In this document: one piece after another, positions 1-8,462 of the stretch
Layout of the letters: every line of letters starts with the position of its first letter
Position numbering within the stretch: position 1 is the first letter of the stretch
Source of the DNA: Selaginella moellendorffii
Lineage: Eukaryota; Plantae; Lycopodiophyta
Direction of reading: 5' to 3'
Assembly: GCF_000143415.4 (NCBI RefSeq)
Contig: NW_003314627.1
Coordinates: 1-10,063, forward strand
DNA length: 10,063 nt
Made by a program: the position numbers and the translations under genes
The notes under the pieces: model-generated
The model's database searches: none
Told to the model about the DNA's origin: nothing
The model's input: the letters and a program-made list of their open reading frames with translations, nothing else

Positions 1-862
1 AAAGGGGTTTGTACCAGCTTGGCCAAGGGAAAGGCAGCTTCTGTTCCTGAGGTCTTATACCTACGTTAGTTGCTCTGGTTCATAGCCAGCCATGAGTTGG
101 CCGATTAAGGCAGGGCGTCCGCTATTGACAATTTTGTCTATGTTCGTCACCGACGCTCACAGACAGCTTGCCAAACTTTGTACCAAATATTCCAAAGGTC
201 AAGATTGGCCACCGGCGAGCTGATTAAGCGAAAGAAAGAAAAAAAAAAATCACGCCGCTACGGAACAAAGGATCCTTTCAAATCGAAAAGGCCTTGTACG
301 GTATGACAAGCCACAAGAACAAGAGATGTTAACGCGCGGTAAAATAATTCCACTTACCGACGTGCGTGCCGGGTTTTTGCCTGGATCCTTCTTCTCACAC
401 GGAAGAGAAGATTTTTGTTACCCCTGGGGAAAGGGGGAAAATCTCTCCATTTGCCCATTTTTCGGTCGAGGGAGCGGAGCTTTTTTGCTCCTCGATTTCT
501 TGCTCAGTGTCATTGTCAAAGCCTCGCCCGTGCAGCAGCATTGTTTGTTTGTTGGCATATCGATTCCAAGCCAGTGTTGCTCGGCACCTCTCCTCGTCGC
601 TTTATAGACAGGGAGAGGAGGACAAGAAGAGAGTGAGCGATTCCTCCAAGTGGGTCGCGGGCGACGCGCAATCCGGGCGCGACCCACATCGCAGCGCCGC
701 CGGATCGATGAACCCTCGAGCGCGATTGGGCGGCGCAGGTAGGAAATGGATCCGATCGAGCAGCAGGGGATGCGGGATTGATAGAACAGGGGAAAAATGG
801 AGATGGGCTGAGAAGAGGAATCATGGCTCCTCCACAGCGGAGTCGCGATCCCTGGGCTCGCG

Positions 863-3800
863 ATGGGGGCGGCGATGACGCCGAGATCTCGTAGCCTGGA
901 TCGCCGCCATCGAGCGCGGCGGGCGCCTACAATGCTCGTCGCGGCAGTGATTGAGCTCCTCGTCCTCTGGGCGGTTCTTGGGCGAGCGGCATTGCCAGGA
1001 TCCCAGACCCAGAGCCTGCTGCGCCTCCAGAAGCTCCTGGGGGATCCATCGGCGCTGGGCGGGTGGAGCGCCAACACGTCGTTTTGCTCGCTGCCGCCAT
1101 CGCCGATGCTCAACGTCTCGTGCGCCTACGCGGATCAGTCGGGAACCCAGACCGTGATCTTGCTCCAGATTGTGGGTGACAAGCTTCCAATCACGGTGGA
1201 GCAAAAGGAGTCGGCCAACTACACGGAATCACAGGTGGGCCGATTCAAAACCCCGATCTTCTTCTTCTTCTCCTTCTCCTTCTCGTCCTTGTGTTCTTGG
1301 ATGGATTTCTTGCTTAGTTTTCCTTGCTAGTAGTGATTTGGCTTGCCTTGGTTTGTGTTCTTTGCCTATGATGGTGGTGATGATGGTTTGATGATGTGAT
1401 CTCTTTCATCTTTNNNNNNNNNNNNNNNNNNNNNNNNNNNNNNNNNNNNNNNNNNNNNNNNNNNNNNNNNNNNNNNNNNNNNNNNNNNNNNNNNNNNNNN
1501 NNNNNNNNNNNNNNNNNNNNNNNNNNNNNNNNNNNNNNNNNNNNNNNNNNNNNNNNNNNNNNNNNNNNNNNNNNNNNNNNNNNNNNNNNNNNNNNNNNNN
1601 NNNNNNNNNNNNNNNNNNNNNNNNNNNNNNNNNNNNNNNNNNNNNNNAGATCTTTGAAAGAGTCCACTCTCAAAATGTGTTTTTTCTTGCATGTGTCCAC
1701 TCGATCGACTGTGGTTTGTTTCTCATACTCGAATGACGATGATGTTTTCCTGATCATTGATTTGCTACGTAAGAACTCTTATGGGAACTTCCTTCTGGCT
1801 TGTTTTTCACAGAACTCTCACTTTGTCTCTTCTCGATCTAGATGTTCTTCCTGATCATTGATTTGCTTTGCTTCTCACGTAAACTTTTACTCACTTGTTT
1901 GTCACAAAACTCTGTCGTTCTTCTCGATCAAAAACGAAACTTTGGTCACCACTAAACAAGTTTCCCATGCATTTCCACAGGTCCGCCTCCCGGACGACTT
2001 CTCGATCATCACTCTGGCCAACACGCTCGTCAAGTTCCCCGACCTCCGCACGCTCACGCTCGTCTCCCTCGGCATCTGGGGCCTCGTCCCCGCCAGCCTC
2101 GACCACCTCCGCTCGCTCGAGCTCCTCAACCTCAGCTCCAACTTCCTCTCCGGCTCCATCCCCGACCGCTTCGCCTCCCTCGGCAGCCTCCAGTCGCTCG
2201 CCCTCGACAACAACATCCTCCGCGGGACCTTCCCCACCGCGCTCAACGTCCTCCCCAACCTCGACACCCTCCAGCTCTCGCACAACCAGATCGCCGGCAC
2301 CATCCCCTCGCAAATCTCCCTCTTCGCCAGCCTCAAGACGCTCGACATGGACCACAACTTGCTCTTCGGCGCGCTCCCGGACTCCATCTCCAACATGAGG
2401 GTGGCGGAGACCATCTCCATCTCGGACAACTTCCTGGCCGGCGTCGTACCAAACTTGAGCCGGGTGGCGAGCCTGCGCACTCTCAACTTGGCCGGGAACC
2501 AGCTCGGCCCCTCCTTCCCGGGCCTCGGCCAGGGCCTCGTCTCCGCCAACCTCGAGAGGAACCGCTTCTCCGACTCCATCCCGGACAGCCTGCGCGGCCT
2601 CTCCCAGCTCAAGCTCCTCAACCTCTCGCTCAACTCCATCCCCGGGGCGCTGCCGGGATGGATCTTCTCGCTGCAAAGTTTGGAGACGCTGGTGCTGGAT
2701 CACAACCGGCTGTCCGGGACTCTTCCCAGTGCTGTGACGCTGGCGAGCGGGCTGCGATACGTGGACATCTCCACGAATCTTTTGATGGGGGAGGTCCCCG
2801 CGGAGCTGCGGTCCGGGAGGATCACGTTGCATGTCGAGGAAAACTGCTTCTCCGGGCAGGAGATCCAGCTCCAGCAGCAGCAGCCGCAAGAGTATTGTCT
2901 CAAGGCGCAGAGGATGATACCGGTTGGAAGTGGTGGTGGGAGTGGAGGTGGCGGAAGCTCTGGCGATGGTGGAAGTGGGGGACCGGGCTCTTCTTCTGGT
3001 GGATCCAAGCGGCGGTGGAAAGGTGGCGTTGTAGCTGGGATCGCCGGCGGAGTCATGGCCGTGGGTGCTGCCATGGCTTTACTGCTGGTGATACTGCTGC
3101 GCTTCTCCAAGAGAGGGAAGCTCAAGCTCAAGCATGCGGCTGCTACTTGTGCGAACAACTCGTGTGCTGATACGGCCTCGGTGGGAGTTCCCGTGGAGCT
3201 CCTCCATAGCACGAGTAAGTTCTTTTAGCTTGTGCTTTCCATTCATTGTTCTTGAGCGTTTTTGGCAGGATACTTGGCTCAATCCGGGACTGTCGGAGCA
3301 ACCGGACCAAACCAATGTCGGGTTTTCTCGCTGCTGGAGCTGGAAGAGGCCACGAGTCGATTCAGCCAAGGTTTACTCATTGGAGAGGGCGAGTATGGAA
3401 AGGTAGGAACAAAGTTCTCGATCATAGTTTTCCAGGACTAAAAAGCCGGACTTTTCCTCGCAGGTGTTCAGAGGAAAGCTTGACGATGGAACGCTGGTCG
3501 CGATCAAATGCCTGGTTATCGATTCGAGGCAGGAGATGAAGCAGCTCAAGGCACATTTGGAGTTCCTGTCGAGGATCCGACACAGGCACTTGGTCAGTCT
3601 CTTTGGCTACTGCCTCGAGCGAGAGAAGGATGGACCCCAGCACCGGCGGCTCTACCTCGTCTCCGAGTTCATCGATAATGGCACTCTTCGCAGCCATCTC
3701 TTCAGTAAGTCCTGCCATTTTTACCTTCCTCTTCCAAAAGTTCCATCGTTTCTCTAGCAAAGTTTCCTCTTCGAATGGTTCCAGCAAGGTTTCCTCTTCC

Positions 3801-4741
3801 AAAGTTCCATCCTTCCTATAGCAAAGTTTTCTCTTCCAACTTCCATCATTTCTCTAGCAAAGTTTCCTTTCCTAGTTCCATCTTTTCTCTAGCAAACTTT
3901 CCAGTACTCACTCTTGGTGGATCGTCCAGAGCGAAAATTGAAGGAGTCTTTAACGTGGCAAAACCGGCTGGTCGCGGCTCTCGGCGCCGGCCGGGGTATA
4001 CACTACCTTCACACGGGCGTCGTGCCGGGGATTTTCAACAACGACGTGAGGATCACGAACATTTTGCTGGATCACAATTTTGTAGGAAAAGTGAGCGATT
4101 TTGGATTAGCCAGGCATCCCGAGAGCGAGTCGTACCAGTCGTATGGATCCGACGTAAGTAATTCTTCCAAAGTTCTTGTGATTATACCAACTTTGTGGAT
4201 CGATCGCAGCATGTTTTCACACACAACGCTGTCACATACATCGATTTGGATCACAGTAACAGGTATGGAGGAAAGTTTCCATTCGTTTCTTCTCTCTCAC
4301 TCTTTCTTTTCTTTTTTTCTTTCCAGGAAGCTGGCCACGGACAAGAGAGATGTGTATAACTTTGGACTTACATTACTCGAGATTGTTCTCGGGAGACCAC
4401 CAACCGTAGACAATCCCATGGCCATGAAACCCAAAGTCCAAGAGCTCGTAAGTTCCTCCTCCTCGTTTTCTATCTGGAGGACTTAGATCTTGCTTCTTTT
4501 CCAGGAGATGATGCTGACGGACAGTGTGTTTCGGACGGAGATGGTGGACTCGGCGATCTCGGGAACTTGTTCCGAGGATTCTCTGTCGACGGTGCTGGAG
4601 ATTGCTGCAAAGTGCCTGTCGAGTGACCTCACCGCCAGGCCCTCGATGGAAGACGTCCTGTGGAACCTCCAATATGCAGTCCAAGTCCAAGACCAAAGAT
4701 TTAGTGGAGAGTACCTCGAAGACTCCAGTGGAAGAGAATAA
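863..4741 (+). CDS. LRR receptor-like protein kinase, LRR-VI subfamily (At3g03770-like, 'probable inactive' group). Exons 863/932-1234, 1981-3214, 3269-3402, 3464-3704, 3930-4153, 4210-4262, 4327-4447, 4505-4741; 848 aa from ATG 932 or 871 aa from ATG 863
   Basis: All 7 introns are GT..AG with matching phases and the spliced length is divisible by 3. Domains in order: signal peptide MLVAAVIELLVLWAVLGRA; N-cap LGGWSANTSFC..C; about 11 plant LRRs (LxxLxLxxNxLsGxIP) starting LVKFPDLRTLTLVSLGIWG; TM VVAGIAGGVMAVGAAMALLLVILL (3028-3099); kinase motifs RVFSLLELEEAT, IGEGEYGKV, VAIK, RHRHLVSLFGYC, LTWQNRL, GIHYLHTGVVPGIFNNDVRITNILLD, VSDFGL, DKRDVYNFG, RPSMEDVLWNLQYA. Family assignment is from remembered motif similarity. 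Intron 1 contains an N gap. Confidence 0.92.
1257..1400 (+). repeat. Short imperfect microsatellites (TTC)n/(TTCTCC)n at ~1257-1284 and (ATG/GTG)n at ~1368-1400 in intron 1
   Basis: Read directly: tcttcttcttcttctccttctccttctc and atgatggtggtgatgatggtttgatgatg. Confidence 0.6.
1414..1647. other. Assembly gap (N run) in LRR-RLK intron 1
   Basis: Run of N. Confidence 0.98.
1741..1929 (+). repeat. Diverged ~90-100 bp tandem duplication in intron 1 of the LRR-RLK
   Basis: gatgttttcctgatcattgatttgct (1741) versus gatgttcttcctgatcattgatttgct (1841). Both copies continue with acgtaa, cttgttt.tcaca.aactct and end in cttctcgatc. Confidence 0.75.
3726..3904 (+). repeat. Degenerate minisatellite, about 5 copies of a ~36-bp unit (TTCCTCTTCCAAAGTTCCATCxTTTCTCTAGCAAAGT), inside kinase intron 4
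   Basis: Successive units: ttcctcttccaaaagttccatcgtttctctagcaaagt / ttcctcttcgaatggttccagcaaggt / ttcctcttccaaagttccatccttcctatagcaaagt / tttctcttccaacttccatcatttctctagcaaagt / ttcctttcctagttccatcttttctctagcaaact. Confidence 0.85.
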
Positions 4742-5249
4742 ACTCCGTCGGCAAGGAAGAGCAAGGACGCGCACTATTAAATAACACCAACACACGAAGA
4801 TATTAGAAAAGCAGAGACGATCATAGAGGACTTACGACGCGACGCGGGGAAGTTTTTCAAGAACGTTGGAACATCGTAAGTCTTTCTTCGCACGAATGAA
4901 GCTCTTCTTATGTGTAATAATTTTGCAGGATGCGAGCATCAATCGAAACACTGCGACAACAAGCAAGTAGAGACGTGCGAACGAAAGTTGTGTAGAAAGT
5001 GGTGTCGAATTTAATGCACATCTGGTAGTAGAATACTGTTCACTGTTCTACTCACCGCAAAACGCCAGCAATCTTCTGGACTGTCTGTATGCTCTTCACG
5101 GAAGAGAAGAATGGAGAAAAACGACAGCTGAGGGAAATAGCATCCTGGAGCAGAATTTGGCTGTAACAACACGACAGCTCTTGTAAGAAAGATATTTATA
5201 TTTTTGGTCTTCAAAATGACAGCAACGGCCCATACCTGTCGTTGTGTGA

Positions 5250-6647
5250 CTAATCTGGAAGCGTGGGGCTCCTGGAGCAGGCATCCAGTTGATGGACCTC
5301 CCTGAGCCTCTGTTCGGGGTTGCACAGCCCTGCTGTGTCAAGCAGAAAAGTTGTAAGTGTAAAGTTAAAGTCATTTTCAAATAAAGCTTGCAAGAATTTG
5401 CACTGGCCTGAGCACTTTGGAATGTCCCAAACGGCAATGGAGGTCGGAGTACACGTCTGTTCACACAGCGCTCGGTTGTCTTCGTGGTTGACGTTCATTG
5501 CCAACATCCAAGAGCCCAAGGTCACGTCCTCGTTTGTGAACATGCGAAAGCTGTTAAGAAAGGGTTGCAATTAGTCGCGAAACGCGAAGCGAGCATGGTA
5601 CCTATCATTGCGAGCAATAGCCAGAGCAGCGACTACCTCTGATGATAACGCATAGATTGGTCCGTAAGCGTGTAAGAAGTATTCGCTGCCAAGTAAATAT
5701 GCCAGAGGCTCGTACCTGTATTCCGCGGAACTAGACGCGTAAGCGAAATAGAAAATTTATGAAAGACTCATACCACTTCTGTCTGGAATCTGTAATGACA
5801 GGTCCTTTCTTCATACATCCCAAGTATGTTCTCGGTGTCGATCTATCCTTGGCTAGCAAAGTTGCAAGCCGGTCTGCGCAAGAAAAATAAAAAGGAAATA
5901 GCAAAATGTTTACTTGCATTGTCAAAACAACTTAACATACCGGTTCTCAAATAGATATCATCGTCTGCTTTAACATAGAACTCGGCATCGAAGAGCATAT
6001 AAGCGGCCTTGAAATACGCTAGCCTGCGCATGGAAGAACATGGCATAAAAGAAAAAGAAAAAACAAGCTTTGAGCAAGCATACGTCTTGTGTGTGAGTTT
6101 CAAATATTCTTCTTCGATATCGATGCGTATAAAATCCTTGTAAGTTTCGATCTCCTCCTCCAGCTCCTCCATTTTTCTCTTGTCAGCTGTGTGTCCAATG
6201 ATAAATCGTATGGCAAGTCCTGTCGATTGCTGTAAGCTGGAAAGCAAATCGGAAAAAAAACATCTAACCGAAGAAAGCAAAACGAGCACGAACTTACGAA
6301 ACCAGTCCCTCCGGAGAATCAGGCATCCAAGTCTCCCTCAGCGCCTTGCGCCTCTCTCGCGATCCAAACCCTGTCTGGATCCCAACCACGCCCAAAACCT
6401 TTGGCCTCGATTCCAGCGGCTCCTGGAGAACACCCGACCTCCACGCCTCGGAGGATCGAAACGTATCCTCGACCTGGTGGCATGGCGCTGGCCCCCAGCC
6501 GAATCTCCCCGGCGCCACCAGCAGCGTTAGCAGCACACCAAGAACAAACGCCGCGAAAATCCCCGCGCCCGATCGCAAGCACACCGCCCTGGCCCTGTAA
6601 ATCTGGAATCTCAGCGCGGGGAGCTTCTTCCCTGGAGACGATGGCAT
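5250..6647 (-). CDS. Glycosyltransferase family 31 beta-1,3-galactosyltransferase (B3GALT13/14-like), type II membrane protein, 340 aa. Exons 6647-6298, 6236-6084, 6023-5941, 5873-5774, 5715-5602, 5550-5408, 5329-5250
   Basis: MPSSP start, N-terminal TM ([16 protein letters not shown]), then GT31 motifs [54 protein letters not shown] (DxD), [52 protein letters not shown]. Exons sum to 1023 nt. Five introns are GT-AG and one is GC-AG (51-78 nt). Confidence 0.93.
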
Positions 6648-6801
6648 CGCGCTTCAGCTGCGCGGGCATTCCTACCCCGGATCCACAAACCCTAATCGCG
6701 CAATGGCGAATATTTGGCATTTATCGAATCGGACGGATATGCTTTGACCACGAGGACCGTTGGAGTTTCCTTTTTAGAGGTTAGGGTTTGGCGTTTTAGT
6801 G
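6648..6801. promoter_or_regulatory. Compact bidirectional promoter / 5' UTR region between the divergent GT31 and QTRT2 genes, with two telo-boxes
   Basis: Only 154 bp separate the head-to-head ATGs (6647 minus, 6802 plus). AAACCCTAA lies at 6687-6695 and TTAGGGTTT at 6781-6789. Confidence 0.7.
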
Positions 6802-8462
6802 ATGAGGTTTGCGCTCAAGGCGGGAGGAGGCGATGGCGCGCGCTGTGGCGTCATGAATTTTGGGGCGGCGCTGGCGCCTGTGGACACGCCGTGCCTGCTG
6901 CTCTCCACGCGCCGAGGTTTGCCATCGTTTGTCTCTACGGATTTGCTGCCGGAGCTCCATCCAGATGCGCGCGTTCTTCACGTCAATCCAGTGCATTTGT
7001 ATTCCAAGCCTTGAAGGTCCACCAGTGAGCACAATCNNNNNNNNNNNNNNNNNNNNNNNNNNNNNNNNNNNNNNNNNNNNNNNNNNNNNNNNNNNNNNNN
7101 NNNNNNNNNNNNNNNNNNNNNNNNNNNNNNNNNNNNNNNNNNNNNNNNNNNNNNNNNNNNNNNNNNNNNNNNNNNNNNNNNNNNNNNNNNNNNNNNNNNN
7201 NNNNNNNNNNNNNNNNNNNNNNNNNNNNNNNNNNNNNNNNNNNNNNNNNNNNNNNNNNNNNNNNNNNNNNNNNNNNNNNNNNNNNNNNNNNNNNNNNNNN
7301 NNNNNNNNNNNNNNNNNNNNNNNNNNNNNNNNNNNNNNNNNNNNNNNNNNNNNNNNNNNNNNNNNNNNNNNNNNNNNNNNNNNNNNNNNNNNNNNNNNNN
7401 NNNNNNNNNNNNNNNNNNNNNNNNNNNNNNNNNNNNNNNNNNNNNNNNNNNNNNNNNNNNNNNNNNNNNNNNNNNNNNNNNNNNNNNNNNNNNNNNNNNN
7501 NNNNNNNNNNNNNNNNNNNNNNNNNNNNNNNNNNNNNNNNNNNNNNNNNNNNNNNNNNNNNNNNNNNNNNNNNNNNNNNNNNNNNNNNNNNNNNNNNNNN
7601 NNNNNNNNNNNNNNNNNNNNNNNNNNNNNNNNNNNNNNNNNNNNNNNNNNNNNNNNNNNNNNNNNNNNNNNNNNNNNNNNNNNNNNNNNNNNNNNNNNNN
7701 NNNNNNNNNNNNNNNNNNNNNNNNNNNNNNNNNNNNNNNNNNNNNNNNNNNNNNNNNNNNNNNNNNNNNNNNNNNNNNNNNNNNNNNNNNNNNNNNNNNN
7801 NNNNNNNNNNNNNNNNNNNNNNNNNNNNNNNNNTATATCGATGATTTATCGCATTCCAACTTGTGTGACTAATCCATTGTGCCAGAGGAAATTTGCAAGC
7901 AGTCTCTACTGGTGTCGATATCTTCGACAGCACCTACCCGCATACACTGACCAAAGGAGGCTATGCAATGACCTTTCCACTGTCGATGGACGAAAAGCCG
8001 TGGAAATTTTCTCTGGAAGATGGAGCCGAGCTCGGTGCAGACTTCACGAAAATAAACCTCCGATCAATAGCTTACAGGTATTACTATATGTCCAACTTAC
8101 GTTATGTCCTAGATAGTGTTTTCCGGCTTAAAGTGTGGCTGATGCTTATAGATGCGACGTGACTCCCCTCAAGCCCGGTTGTACCTGCTATACATGCCAA
8201 AAGCACACGAGAGCGTACATCAATCACTTGCTAAACACACACGAGATGGTTGCTCAAACTTTGCTTGACATGTAGGCTTTCTTTTCCTAATTTTCTGGAG
8301 CTTGCGTTGACGTTATTCCTTTGCAGGCATAACATTCACCACTACCTCTCGTTTTTCCAAGCAATACGCGATGCGATATGTGGCTCTTATTTTGAAGAGT
8401 TTCAGCACTGGTTTATTGGTCAAAGGCGATATTGTGAAAGCGAGGTACACGCTGTAGTCTAA
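6802..8462 (+). CDS. QTRT2: Queuine tRNA-ribosyltransferase accessory subunit 2 (QTRT2/QTRTD1, TGT family). Visible coding segments 6802-6998, 7009-7036, [gap 7037-7833], ~7886-8077, 8152-8271, 8327-8462. Two frame anomalies, so possibly a pseudogene or assembly error
   Basis: N-terminus [33 protein letters not shown] matches the plant TGT accessory subunit pattern. C-terminal part has [27 protein letters not shown], the Zn-binding [24 protein letters not shown] and [17 protein letters not shown]. Introns 8078-8151 and 8272-8326 are GT-AG with matching phase; stop TAA at 8460-8462. Confidence 0.88.
7037..7833. other. Assembly gap (N run) hiding the central QTRT2 exons
   Basis: Run of N. Confidence 0.98.

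Noticed and set aside
1-70. Open frame KGVCTSLAKGKAASVPEVLYLR* as the possible end of an upstream gene
   Set aside because: Too short, with no recognisable motif or splice support.
326-1204. Several overlapping 70-230 aa ORFs on both strands
   Set aside because: GC-rich leader and exon-1 shadows with no motifs. Only the ATG-initiated short ORFs were kept, as uORF candidates.
1891-2889. Long antisense and alternative-frame ORFs (1891-2889 -, 1902-2639 -, 1895-2398 +)
   Set aside because: Shadow ORFs of the GC3-rich LRR exon, with biased composition and no recognisable domain.
3726-3904. CRISPR-like ~36-bp periodicity
   Set aside because: Units are adjacent and degenerate with no unique spacers, lie in a plant intron, and there are no cas genes.
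6687-6789. Telomeric repeat as a chromosome end or interstitial telomere array
   Set aside because: Only single isolated units, consistent with promoter telo-boxes.
6860-8116. Long ORFs spanning N runs (also 1314-1854 and 8728-9330)
   Set aside because: Artefacts of translating Ns as X; gap lengths are estimates.
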